Part shown: one piece after another, positions 48,040-57,775 of the stretch
Layout: every line of letters starts with the position of its first letter
Numbering within the stretch: the first letter of the stretch is position 1
Assembly: GCA_031426555.1 (NCBI GenBank)
Contig: JANPLN010000025.1
Location: 64,001 to 128,000, forward strand
Reading direction: 5' to 3'
Length of the DNA stretch: 64,000 nucleotides
DNA from: Bdellovibrionales bacterium
GTDB taxonomy: Bacteria > Bdellovibrionota > Bdellovibrionia > Bdellovibrionales > JAGQZY01
Made by a program: the position numbers and the translations under genes
Notes under the pieces: model-generated
Seen by the model: the letters and a program-made list of their open reading frames with translations, nothing else
Told to the model about the DNA's origin: nothing
The model's database searches: none

Positions 48040-49407
48040 TTATCTAGAACCACGATTACAGTAACGAACTGTGATCTTGTTGCCTTCACGAGGGCAACCG
48101 CGAACCAGGCGAACGTAGCCACCTTGTTCTACTCTGTGCTCAACACGGCGTCCATCAACAGTCACTGCTTCTACGTTGGCTGCATTCAGCTCTACGGCTT
48201 TGCCATTGGCATCTTTGATTTGTACTCTTTGATAAAGTGAGCTGTTCATACCTTCGGCTATGGAGGCACCGGCGGCAGCGATCGAGGCACTGGCTTCGGC
48301 AGAACTGTAAGCAGTTGTTGTTGAAAGCGATGCAAGGTCGAAGACTTTGGACTTCACATTGTTTTGTCCGAGGGCGCCTAAAAGATCGATAATTCCGCGA
48401 CCGATTTCGTTTTGTCCACCAGCAGGAACTCCGTTTTCGCCTGTGTAAACAAAGGCTGACATGTGGATATTAAAGTGTTGGCTCAGGCTGATGATCTCTT
48501 GTGCTAGCGTTTGGCTATAGCCGCGGCCGCCGTCAGAAACGTTCATGTTGATACTGTAGTTTGTAACGTCTTGTACGCAATGTCTTTTGCGAGCGATTTG
48601 CTCAGACGTCATGCCGCGTTCGTCGGAACGAATTCTAGCGTAAACCGGAAGCGTCGAAGGAACTTCGCCAATCGTACAAGCGTCGTTCTCATCGCCGATA
48701 AAGTGAATATTTAGAATGTCTTTATCTTGCATTCTCATCAAGCGACGGTACTGGTTATTTTTTAAAACAGCCATAAGATTTGCTGTTAACAATTCTCCAC
48801 CATCAGAAATTCCAGGTGAGTTGTCTGTTTGCATATGAAGAATTTTATTTTTTAAACGAATTAAGTTATTACGACGAGTTGTTTCGGTGTGGTCAAAACG
48901 GAGAACATCGAGATCTTCGCTGGCGTATTTAAAAAAGTTATTTCCGCGAAGAGCTGAATGATAACTTTCGGCCGAGTGACCCGTGATCACGCCCAAGTGG
49001 ATGGGAATTTCGCGAGCGATGGTGTTTTCGTACATTTCGATCAAACCTTTTAGCTGATTAAAACGTTCGGTCACATTGGATTTTGATCCATCCATTGCAA
49101 CGACAACATGAACTGTCTTGGGAGCGTTGTTAGAATATTCATAGTTATAGTCTTGGCACTCGCTCTGTGGAGGTGGAGTGTTTGGCTGTGGCTGCTGGCA
49201 CGTGTTGTTGCGACGGCAGTCGTAAGGGGGCTGACTGGGTGTTGGATTGTGGGTGGGCGGCTTTGTCCGTGGATTGTTTGTTCGCTCTACGGGTTGCACG
49301 GGTTGAGCTTGCGTCGCTGTAAACTTTGATTTCGAGCATGCTATCACGGTGGGCAGCACGATCAAAAGCAACAGGCTCTGTGCGATCTTGGTTTGTAAGC
49401 TCAACAT
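48040..49407 (-). CDS. Lipoprotein with VWA-like domain
   Basis: VIAC lipobox, Pro/Gln linker, MIDAS-like VVAMDGSKS, FIGDEND; GGAGG RBS. Confidence 0.65.
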   Translation of the reverse strand: MLSLQTKIAQSLLLLIVLPTVIACSKSKFTATQAQPVQPVERTNNPRTKPPTHNPTPSQPPYDCRRNNTCQQPQPNTPPPQSECQDYNYEYSNNAPKTVHVVVAMDGSKSNVTERFNQLKGLIEMYENTIAREIPIHLGVITGHSAESYHSALRGNNFFKYASEDLDVLRFDHTETTRRNNLIRLKNKILHMQTDNSPGISDGGELLTANLMAVLKNNQYRRLMRMQDKDILNIHFIGDENDACTIGEVPSTLPVYARIRSDERGMTSEQIARKRHCVQDVTNYSINMNVSDGGRGYSQTLAQEIISLSQHFNIHMSAFVYTGENGVPAGGQNEIGRGIIDLLGALGQNNVKSKVFDLASLSTTTAYSSAEASASIAAAGASIAEGMNSSLYQRVQIKDANGKAVELNAANVEAVTVDGRRVEHRVEQGGYVRLVRGCPREGNKITVRYCNRGSR

Positions 49408-49671
49408 AATTCCTCCAGGGTTTATGGCCCTTTTAAAAGTTCTTCGTTTAAAAGATGTGCAAACTTCATCCCACACTATGGGACCAGCTAAATACATGAA
49501 ATGACGTAGTTTTTAAAAAGTGGCCGTAGCGACTTCGCAAAATATGTCACTTTGGCATGATAGGAGTGCGCGAGGATTGTCGCTTTTTTGCCCAGAACGA
49601 TGACGGTTCTATAACAAATACATCACGGTCGATTTACCTGGAACATGTGTTTTCCGTTAGAAATTAATTCG

Positions 49672-50397
49672 TTAGTACAAGCAGCGCAGATACTCAATCA
49701 CAGTTTGCTGCCAACCCATTTCCAAAGCGTCACATACAAGAGCATGACCGATGGACACTTCCTTCACCATGGGGATGGTTTGCACAAAGTGTTTGAGATT
49801 GTGCAGATTGAGATCATGGCCGGCGTTGATTTCGAGTCCCATGGAGTCTGCCAGCTGGGCACACTGAAGATATTTGGCCGTGGTTTCTTTTTGCGCCGGC
49901 GAGCCGAAATGATCGGCATAGGCTTCGGTATAAAGTTCGATGCGGTCCACGCCCATGTCGCGAAATTCCAAAAGTTCCTGAGTGGTGATATTTTGTGGGT
50001 CCACAAACAACGACACACGAATGCCTTTTTCCTTTAACAAAGGAACGGCTGTTTGCAGGGTTTTTTCGTTGCCCTGCATGCGCCAACCAGCGTTGGAGGT
50101 CAGAACATGGGGAGGGTCTGGAACCAGGGTGCACTGAGCCGGCAGGATATCGGTGCACTTGATGAGGAAGTCGTTTGTGGGATAGCCCTCGATGTTTAGC
50201 TCCACAGAGATGTGGGCCTTCAGCAGCTCCACGTCACTCCAGCGAATGTGCCGCTCATCGGGCCGAGGATGCACGGTGATCCCATGGGCGCCATACTCAA
50301 TAATCTTCAGCGCCGCCTGCAACACATCGGGCGTATTCCTGCCCCGAGCATTCCGAATCGTAGCCACTTTATTTACGTTTACGCTGAGTTTTGTCAT
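49672..50397 (-). CDS. pdxJ: Pyridoxine 5'-phosphate synthase
   Basis: LSVNVNKVATIRNAR, ITVHPRPDERHI, NAGHDL, EVSIGHAL. Confidence 0.97.
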   Translation of the reverse strand: MTKLSVNVNKVATIRNARGRNTPDVLQAALKIIEYGAHGITVHPRPDERHIRWSDVELLKAHISVELNIEGYPTNDFLIKCTDILPAQCTLVPDPPHVLTSNAGWRMQGNEKTLQTAVPLLKEKGIRVSLFVDPQNITTQELLEFRDMGVDRIELYTEAYADHFGSPAQKETTAKYLQCAQLADSMGLEINAGHDLNLHNLKHFVQTIPMVKEVSIGHALVCDALEMGWQQTVIEYLRCLY

Positions 50398-50460
50398 TGA
50401 TTAAATCTGCAAGATTTTTATGAGATTGTCACTTGGTATTGGTAGGGATACGTGGAATAG

Positions 50461-51921
50461 CTATGCCACCCTTTTTTCTGGGTGCGGATTGTCTTCATCC
50501 AAAATATAATCACAATCTCTACATTTGAGGATGTATACGCCTTTACTGTTTTTATTCAAAAAAAGTAAGCCGTGACCATTTGGGCAGACGTCTTCGTCGT
50601 CACTATGAAGCTCTGAGTGCCTCTTTAAATTACGGACCTCAAACAGGGTCACCTCTTCGGTTTCGAAACCTTTGAGTACAATTGACTTTATTGGAATGAA
50701 TTCCAGAGTAGCTAGTAAATCAGTCTGCTTATTTTTGATAGCAATAACAGTCTCTTTAGTTAGAACAATACCATTAGAAGGCGCTATGCCGTTTATTCGA
50801 GACGCTAGATTAATTACTCTGCCAATGGCTGTGTAGGATCTCACGTGCAAATCGCTTCCGTAAAATCCAACTGTAGCATTCCCTACCGAAATTCCCACTC
50901 TAACTTCAAAAGCGCCATTCCATAATTCTTCATATATCTTTTTTTTCGAATGTAGTCGATCTAGTACTTCAAAAGCGCAAGATAATGCTCTTTCAATATA
51001 GTCATCTTGTGGAACAGGATTGTTGGTAAAACCCATAACGCCGTCCCCCAGAAACTTATCTACGGTAATATCATACTTCAAAAATAGTCCCATTACGTCT
51101 TCAACATACATCGAAATCACTTTCTGCATTTGAGACGGACTTATCGTTAACAATTTTTTTGTTGAATCTTTAATGTCGATGAAAATTGCGCATATATCGG
51201 ACTGGTAAAGTTCAGCTTTAATGTCCAAACTTCCATCGATAATGCTTTTAATGATTTGCGGGCTAAACTGTTTACTTAAAGTTTTTAGCTTCAGCGCCTC
51301 GGAAGATTTTTTATCGATAATTAAATCTCGGTTCAAAATTTCATTTTCTAATTCAAGACGTAAGACGAATTCGCGATCATTAAGTCTTTCAAAAAAAAGT
51401 CGACCTACGGTGCAAATTGTCGCAACTGAGAGCAAAAAAACTGAGTTTAAAAGAAAGTAAGTAGTACTTAATTCGTTGATCTTGAGTAGTCCAACGCCTA
51501 AAAAAGGAAAAACTATTAGGGCCATACATACAAAGTAATAACTCCACGTGAAGCGCAAGCCAGTTGCAACACCCACCATTATAAGAATTAGGCCAACGTA
51601 GTATGGAGAGTCCGCTGGCAAAATGGCTAGCATAATTTGAATTGGCAGCGCGCAGGAGGCGATGAAGACTACAGCGTACTTCTCAACGCGAGGCAAAGAT
51701 CTCGCAGACTCGGAAATAATTTTATTTAAAACGAAAAATACTGCAATCGAACCAATTCTTAAAAGTAAAAAAGCTCCGAAGTGATCGCGATACCAAACGT
51801 AATCTGCGATTGAGAAAAGTAGATACAAGGGCAACACATACATCGAAGATGCAAAAGATACGAACGTGACAATTACGTCAGCACGTTCCTTATTTTTTCT
51901 CTCAATAGCTTCTGGTGCCAT
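50461..51921 (-). CDS. Membrane-bound class III adenylate cyclase with multi-TM sensor and C-terminal Zn-ribbon-like motif
   Basis: About 6 TM; FIDIKDST, DKFLGDG, YTAIG.VINLASRI (Lys/Thr specificity suggests ATP); CPNGH...CRDC. Confidence 0.88.
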   Translation of the reverse strand: MAPEAIERKNKERADVIVTFVSFASSMYVLPLYLLFSIADYVWYRDHFGAFLLLRIGSIAVFFVLNKIISESARSLPRVEKYAVVFIASCALPIQIMLAILPADSPYYVGLILIMVGVATGLRFTWSYYFVCMALIVFPFLGVGLLKINELSTTYFLLNSVFLLSVATICTVGRLFFERLNDREFVLRLELENEILNRDLIIDKKSSEALKLKTLSKQFSPQIIKSIIDGSLDIKAELYQSDICAIFIDIKDSTKKLLTISPSQMQKVISMYVEDVMGLFLKYDITVDKFLGDGVMGFTNNPVPQDDYIERALSCAFEVLDRLHSKKKIYEELWNGAFEVRVGISVGNATVGFYGSDLHVRSYTAIGRVINLASRINGIAPSNGIVLTKETVIAIKNKQTDLLATLEFIPIKSIVLKGFETEEVTLFEVRNLKRHSELHSDDEDVCPNGHGLLFLNKNSKGVYILKCRDCDYILDEDNPHPEKRVA

Positions 51922-51925
51922 ATAA

Positions 51926-53329
51926 TTAATTCTTTAGTACACAAAATAAATTCACATTATTTGGCTCGGACTCTACTGTGCACTGCGAGCCGTTGATATT
52001 AAAAATTCGCTTTAAATCTTCATGACTTCTTAAAATCAAATACCAATCGAACAATGCCAACATTCCAAACGTATTTGGCGAACTGGTGTTAAAGTTTCCA
52101 ATTACGAGAGAGCCGCCGGGGCTTAGAGACTTGAACAAACTTTTTGCAGCCCTCGTTGCCACTGCGTCCGAAAAATAGTCAAAAAGGCCAGCGGAATAAA
52201 TAAGATCGAAATCTTCATCAATCCCATCGACAATGATTTCTTTAATGTTTTTCTTGCTTAGGTGAATCGTGAGTTTTTTATCAGCCTCGAGCAAGCACTT
52301 TCTAATATTCTGTTGAGCAAACTTCAAAGCGTCTTCATCTTGATCAAGTAGAAAAAACTCAACACGATCCAAGTCTTCTTGATCTAACTTATTGATTACA
52401 TATTTTATTTCCTCAGCTGGCCCACAGGCAACGGACAAAATCGAAACCTTATTTTTTTCGCGAACGGTTGTTATGATTTTTTCGGAAAGAAACTTGACTC
52501 TATTCCTAACAGCCGAAGGCTCTTCATGTAGCTCAACTGCCCGCTCCATACACGAACCAAACAAAGAGTTCGCAAAACTATCTGATTTATAGATGATATT
52601 CATCATCTCAAAATCTCCAGCGTAACCTCGCGGTTTTGAGAAACTTCGCAATGTAAAAGGCGATTGAAAGATAAACTTCCCTAGCCGATACCTATAATAT
52701 TCAAAAACGATCTTGTTGCTCTCAAAGTCGCCATGCAAGACTAAACTATTTAAGACGCTATTATTCGACTTGAGCTTTTTTTCGATTGAACGTCCAACGA
52801 TATCGATAACACACTTTTCTGCTGTCACTTTTTTAGTGGAATTATCGTAGTGACTTACACTCATTTTTTTTACTTGCTCTTCCATTTCGTTAAGCCAAAT
52901 ATAAAGATCATCGATATAATTTTTTACAGAAAAATCAATGCCTCTGTATCTACTGTACCGCTCCTCAACATCTCTAACAATTTTGTGAGAATTAAAAATC
53001 TGAAATACTTCGTCGACTGGAAAAAGAGCGCCAAAAACCTCTGCGCCATAAGCGAAAAGATTTCCTTTTTGTTCTTTTCTTTTTATCTCAAGCGTAAACT
53101 CTTCGACTTTAAAGTCGTCGCCAAAAAATAGCTCCACATCGATTGTACCGCCGAGATCTATATTGTGTTCGGCTTCAAAAGCTAACCCAAAAAGACTGTA
53201 GTTAGTTAAGCTATACCGCCTTCCATCGTGATGAAGGAGCAAATTATCCAAACCAACGGCGTATCTTTCTTGCCTTATCTTGATCTCATGAACTGTACTG
53301 CTGCTGATCTTAGCTTTTTTGTTTTCCAC
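51926..53329 (-). CDS. PhcB-like class I SAM-dependent methyltransferase with N-terminal PilZ-like domain
   Basis: KPRGYAGDFEMM, AVRNR, SVACGPA, LDQD, YSAGLFDY, GNF; GTG start 53329 after an AGGAG RBS. Confidence 0.8.
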   Translation of the reverse strand: MENKKAKISSSTVHEIKIRQERYAVGLDNLLLHHDGRRYSLTNYSLFGLAFEAEHNIDLGGTIDVELFFGDDFKVEEFTLEIKRKEQKGNLFAYGAEVFGALFPVDEVFQIFNSHKIVRDVEERYSRYRGIDFSVKNYIDDLYIWLNEMEEQVKKMSVSHYDNSTKKVTAEKCVIDIVGRSIEKKLKSNNSVLNSLVLHGDFESNKIVFEYYRYRLGKFIFQSPFTLRSFSKPRGYAGDFEMMNIIYKSDSFANSLFGSCMERAVELHEEPSAVRNRVKFLSEKIITTVREKNKVSILSVACGPAEEIKYVINKLDQEDLDRVEFFLLDQDEDALKFAQQNIRKCLLEADKKLTIHLSKKNIKEIIVDGIDEDFDLIYSAGLFDYFSDAVATRAAKSLFKSLSPGGSLVIGNFNTSSPNTFGMLALFDWYLILRSHEDLKRIFNINGSQCTVESEPNNVNLFCVLKN

Positions 53330-53351
53330 AATTACTCCTGGTCTCCTCATA

Positions 53352-53426
53352 ATATCGGCAAGACACCCTGGAAAATTAACGTCCTAGTCTTTAGTCTGAA
53401 AAGTTTATCTAGCAAAAGGACGATAT
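53352..53426. promoter_or_regulatory. Back-to-back sigma28-like promoters
   Basis: Minus strand: TAATTTTC-N11-GCCGATAT (53378-53352). Plus strand: AAAGTTTA-N11-GACGATAT (53400-53426). Confidence 0.5.
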
Positions 53427-53432
53427 GTGTCT

Positions 53433-54254
53433 ATGGAAAAAGCTGCAACATCTGAGTCCATTGAGGAATCCTTTTCTTGGAAGTTTTTTGTGATTATTTC
53501 CGCCATGCATCTGGCTGCACTTGCGGGTATTATCTTTTTCACTACGAAAGGCGCCTTACTCACCTGGGCAGTTAGTCATTTTTTCTTTATTACTATCGGC
53601 GCATCCATTGGCTTGCATAGGTACTTTTCCCATCAGAGCTTTAAGGTTAAAACTATCTACATGGATGCTTTCTTGCACCTTGCCGCGACACTTTGTTTTC
53701 AAGGAGGTCCGATATACTGGGCCACTGCCCACCGATCACACCATAGATACTCTGAAAAATACGGAGACCCTCATAGTGCCAAGAGAGGTTTCCTATGGTC
53801 GCACCTCCTGTGGCTTATGTTCGAACGCCCAAACGGCTTTTCATATTTAAAATCATTAAAGTATAGCCCTGATCTTCGAAAAAATAAACTAACAAACTTT
53901 TTTGAAAAGCATTACCTAAATATAAATTTGTCTTTTTTGCTCATACTTTTAATTGGTTGTACACTTTGCACAAATTTTTCGCTTTTTTTCTTTCTTGGTC
54001 CCGTTAGAATAGTAAGCGTATGGCACTGTACTTGGCTCATAAATAGCTACGCGCATGGAGCGCGGATTTGCACAAGAGATACACAAATCAAGAATTCTAA
54101 TCTTTTATGTATTTTAGTTGGGGGAGACGGCGAGCACAGTTTCCACCATAACTTTCCGAATTCCGCGAAACATTCGAACAAACGATTTTCGCTTGACTAC
54201 GGCTACGCGACGCTGAAGGCCCTCAAAATGTTAGGTTTGATTGAGTTTCGATAA
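53433..54254 (+). CDS. Membrane fatty-acid (delta-9 type) desaturase
   Basis: His boxes HRYFSH, HRSHH, HSFHH; DPHS, INS.AH. Confidence 0.9.
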   Translation: MEKAATSESIEESFSWKFFVIISAMHLAALAGIIFFTTKGALLTWAVSHFFFITIGASIGLHRYFSHQSFKVKTIYMDAFLHLAATLCFQGGPIYWATAHRSHHRYSEKYGDPHSAKRGFLWSHLLWLMFERPNGFSYLKSLKYSPDLRKNKLTNFFEKHYLNINLSFLLILLIGCTLCTNFSLFFFLGPVRIVSVWHCTWLINSYAHGARICTRDTQIKNSNLLCILVGGDGEHSFHHNFPNSAKHSNKRFSLDYGYATLKALKMLGLIEFR

Positions 54255-54267
54255 TTTCTGGATTCGT

Positions 54268-55980
54268 TCAATCTACCAGTTTATTTTTTTTCGGATACGT
54301 CAGACAAATTTCAAATCCGTACCCTTTGTTTCTGTACGTCATCCCACCACCAACTTCGGATAATCGTTTTTTAATCATCCATAACCCAAGACCAGAGCTT
54401 CCACTTGTTATCCCTCGTGCAGATAAATTTTTTAAAATTGTTTCGCTTACTCCCCCCGAGTTATCACTTACAGTTATTTTAAATTCCTCCAATAAGTTCT
54501 CCAGCTCGATGCTTACTTCGGCGTCCACTGAATTTCTCTCGGCAGCTTTAAACGCATTCAACAAAATTTCTGATAACGTGTTTTTAAAATCGTCCGTAAA
54601 ATAATATACATACCCGTCGAAACTATCCGCGACCTTGATTGATATTTTCTTAAAAATACTACCCATTTCCAAACAGACTTCCTCTAAATTGGCCTTAAGG
54701 GTTTTGACTGAATACCAACTTGCATTGGCGTTTGATTTGTCATTAGATAAGTTCTCGAAAATGGTGTCGAACCTTTTTGAAATTAACAGAATACGACTTT
54801 TGTTTATAGTTTCTTCCTGAAGCGAAAAATTTAAACTCGTTATCGGAGCTTTTAAGTCATGAATTATGCTTTTCAAATGTTCGTTGGAGGAATTAATTTT
54901 TTGAAGCAACTTCCTTTCCGACTCTAAGTTACCTTCGATTCTCTTTGTCTTCAAATTTATTTTATAAACGTTTCGAACAACATTTATTATCTCAAAAATC
55001 ATAACTACAATAACAAGCCCAGCTAAGTTTGCATAGCCCTCTCGGTAAGCCTGCCCCCTGTAAACATCGAAAAATGCGATCGTCAGAACAATCAAAAAGT
55101 TTGCACGTACCCCTAGTTTCAGGTTTTTTTTGCAAACAGCGTATAACAAACCGCCAACAATCACAATAAACGCCATAGAAAGCATAAGAAATTGATCGGT
55201 AGCTCTGTGATTTAAAGAAACAACTATGCTAACGGCAAGAAAAATTACATACACGTTTCTAAATTTCTTACTAGATATTATTGGAATTTTATCTAGCATG
55301 TAAAAGTAAGCAATTAAAAACGTGCCAACCATTTGAATTAGGTGTGCATAGCCTATTTCTATGGAGACAAAGTAACCTGGAACGTGAGTAAGCATCAGCA
55401 TGGTTATACCAATACCAAGCCCTAACAATTTAAATTGGCGTACATTCATAACGAATAAAACAATCGTTCCTATAATCGATAAGAACAGACTAATCGTAGC
55501 GGAAAGAATATAGCTTAAATCAAAAAGAAACTGGTCTGGAGGAGATTTACTAACAGCGAAGGGAAATTTATTTAGCGAGATATAGTATTCTAACTGAACT
55601 GTTGACTGGAATGTGACTTTTTTAGAATGCTTTAAAAGATCACAATTAACTAATATCCTATCAAGAACTGACTTTAGGTGCCATGCCTGATCCATTTCGT
55701 TTGAATAAATTCGCGTCGTGTCCACAAAAACTTCCTGCCTACCTTCATAGGTCTGAGGAAAAACTATGTATCTGGCGCGGCCGTCTCGACACACGCTCTG
55801 AATTGTTTGGCTCTCAATGGTCAGGCGGTAGCTACCATCGGTCTGTTTGGCCCATTGCTCCACTACAGACCAATTCGGGTCGGGCTCGTGCGGGATTTGT
55901 TGCACCCCCAATAAATGATAAAACATCATCAACGCACCAAGAGCCCACTGGTCTAATTGAGTTAAAAACACAGACATCAT
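54268..55980 (-). CDS. Membrane sensor histidine kinase (periplasmic domain plus ~7 TM)
   Basis: H-box HDLKAP, N-box LLNAFKA, DNSGG, GLGL; no response regulator nearby. Confidence 0.88.
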   Translation of the reverse strand: MMSVFLTQLDQWALGALMMFYHLLGVQQIPHEPDPNWSVVEQWAKQTDGSYRLTIESQTIQSVCRDGRARYIVFPQTYEGRQEVFVDTTRIYSNEMDQAWHLKSVLDRILVNCDLLKHSKKVTFQSTVQLEYYISLNKFPFAVSKSPPDQFLFDLSYILSATISLFLSIIGTIVLFVMNVRQFKLLGLGIGITMLMLTHVPGYFVSIEIGYAHLIQMVGTFLIAYFYMLDKIPIISSKKFRNVYVIFLAVSIVVSLNHRATDQFLMLSMAFIVIVGGLLYAVCKKNLKLGVRANFLIVLTIAFFDVYRGQAYREGYANLAGLVIVVMIFEIINVVRNVYKINLKTKRIEGNLESERKLLQKINSSNEHLKSIIHDLKAPITSLNFSLQEETINKSRILLISKRFDTIFENLSNDKSNANASWYSVKTLKANLEEVCLEMGSIFKKISIKVADSFDGYVYYFTDDFKNTLSEILLNAFKAAERNSVDAEVSIELENLLEEFKITVSDNSGGVSETILKNLSARGITSGSSGLGLWMIKKRLSEVGGGMTYRNKGYGFEICLTYPKKNKLVD

Positions 55981-55985
55981 TTGGC

Positions 55986-56387
55986 TTACTCGGCGGTGTG
56001 GTCGGCTTTCATTTTTTCAATGTTGGCTTTGCACTCGGAGGAGAGTTCGGCCATTTTGGCTTTCATGCAGTCTTTGATGCGACCTTCACCTGGTTTTACA
56101 CCGGCGCAAAGTTTTTCGCGATCGGCTTTACATGGGCCCGCGTGGTTTTTCATTTGTTCTTTTTTTTCATCGAGCTTTTGCTGGCACTCGGCCGACATTT
56201 TGCTTTTGTTTTCTTCCATACACTGGATCATTTCGGGGCCGCGCTTTTTGCCTTTGCATAGATCCATCATTTGCTTGCGACATTCCTTCATTTCGCCATG
56301 CCCGCCGGCGTGCATTCCTTGGTGATGGTCGGCAAAGGCTGAGATTGAAAATACAAAACTTGCTGCGATAACTATCCATGTTTTCAT
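55986..56387 (-). CDS. Secreted cysteine-rich repeat protein
   Basis: Signal peptide; two C...LC...C...LS.EC repeats. Confidence 0.8.
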   Translation of the reverse strand: MKTWIVIAASFVFSISAFADHHQGMHAGGHGEMKECRKQMMDLCKGKKRGPEMIQCMEENKSKMSAECQQKLDEKKEQMKNHAGPCKADREKLCAGVKPGEGRIKDCMKAKMAELSSECKANIEKMKADHTAE

Positions 56388-56496
56388 TTTGAAACCTTTC
56401 GTTGATTGACTGTAAATGAGCTTAACGGAAATTCTTTACGAGGAGAACGATGGACTTTCCGCCTAGACGGAGGTCCTGCAGCTTTTCTAAACAGAA

Positions 56497-56931
56497 TTAA
56501 TTACTCATTGCCTGAATAGCAGCAGCATAAAGCATGATCTGCTTGACCATGGCTAACAGCCCGTTGGCTCTACTTGGTGAAAGATGGGATTGAAACCCCA
56601 GATCTGAAATAAACGTTGGGGGATTTGCTAAAATGTCGGATGGCTGGGCCAATGAATACACCCGAAGGAGAATGGCGACCAGTCCCTTCACGATCATCGC
56701 ATCGCTGTCTGCGAAAAGTTCGATTTGCCCAGCGGGGTTTTTTTGAGCATGCAGCCACACCCGCGACTGACATCCTTTGACTAAAAATTTATCATCACGA
56801 TAGGCCACTGGAAGGTCGGGCAAACTTTTACCGAGATCGATCACGTATTTATAACGCTCTTCCCACGACTTAAAACGTGTAAAATCGGCTACGAGTTTTT
56901 GTTGTCTGTCGGCCACTTCGCTCATACTCAT
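56497..56931 (-). CDS. sufE: Fe-S cluster sulfur acceptor SufE
   Basis: WEERYKYVIDLGK, VKGCQSRVW, DSDAMIVKGL, LSPSRANG. Confidence 0.93.
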   Translation of the reverse strand: MSMSEVADRQQKLVADFTRFKSWEERYKYVIDLGKSLPDLPVAYRDDKFLVKGCQSRVWLHAQKNPAGQIELFADSDAMIVKGLVAILLRVYSLAQPSDILANPPTFISDLGFQSHLSPSRANGLLAMVKQIMLYAAAIQAMSN

Positions 56932-56935
56932 GCAA

Positions 56936-57625
56936 CTACCGGAGTTTGGCTTTTTCGGCAAGGAGTTCTTGATGCAGTTGTCGTCCTTTTACACCTAAAA
57001 GTTCCATCACGGCACTCTCACCTAAGCCGTCCACATATTGCTTCGCTTCGGCGTAAAACGTGCGCGCTTTTTCGCGGTCTTTCAAAAAAAACTCCTCCGG
57101 CCACGTTGCGTTTTTAGTAACTGCCGTGTCCTGCAAATACTCCTTGGCGCGAGCGACTTCTTCCAGCGTCCACCCTTGGTGATGCAAAAAATCCTCAAGC
57201 AAAGCCCACTCCAGCAACCAGGTCCACTCCTCAGACTTGTTCCAATAGTAGGCGCCCGCTTCGGCGTAGCTACTTTTGCAAAAAAAAGTACGGCACACGG
57301 TGGGGCGATTATCCCAAATTTTGCACTGCCCATTTTGTTTTTGAAAAAACGTACACAGCAAAGTCGCATCAGTACCAAACCCCCACTTGCCTTTTTTGGC
57401 AAAATACTTTCGGTAGCGAATGTTAGGTGTGAGCCCTAAAATTAAAAAGTCCCACTCCTGCATCAACTCGTCAGAGAAGGTTTCGGAATTTACAAATCCG
57501 CCCACTAAAAAATTCGCGATGAACGGGCGATAGGTGCAGCATTTTAAATCCACAGAACAGCGCGAGCAATCCACCGCGGACTCGCGCACAGAAATTTGGG
57601 TTAATAAGTGTTGGTAATAGTTCAT
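56936..57625 (-). CDS. YkgJ-family cysteine-cluster protein
   Basis: CSRC...KCC, CTFF...CKIW..RPTVCRTFFC. Confidence 0.8.
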   Translation of the reverse strand: MNYYQHLLTQISVRESAVDCSRCSVDLKCCTYRPFIANFLVGGFVNSETFSDELMQEWDFLILGLTPNIRYRKYFAKKGKWGFGTDATLLCTFFQKQNGQCKIWDNRPTVCRTFFCKSSYAEAGAYYWNKSEEWTWLLEWALLEDFLHHQGWTLEEVARAKEYLQDTAVTKNATWPEEFFLKDREKARTFYAEAKQYVDGLGESAVMELLGVKGRQLHQELLAEKAKLR

Positions 57626-57775
57626 ATCAATCGCTCTTATGTAAGCGAAATAACTAACATATTTTTTTGAAAAACCAAAAAAATAATTTGCGAATTTTGC
57701 GCAGACCACCTACGTTGTTTGCGGGGCGCTTGCAAATGACTGCAGGCACGATCACAAGGAAGAAGAGGGGGGAGT

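Noticed and set aside
50461..55980. Anti-phage cyclic nucleotide defence (Pycsar/CBASS) or restriction methylase
   Set aside because: The cyclase has a membrane sensor and ATP-type residues with no cNMP-binding effector nearby; the methyltransferase lacks DNA-methylase motifs.
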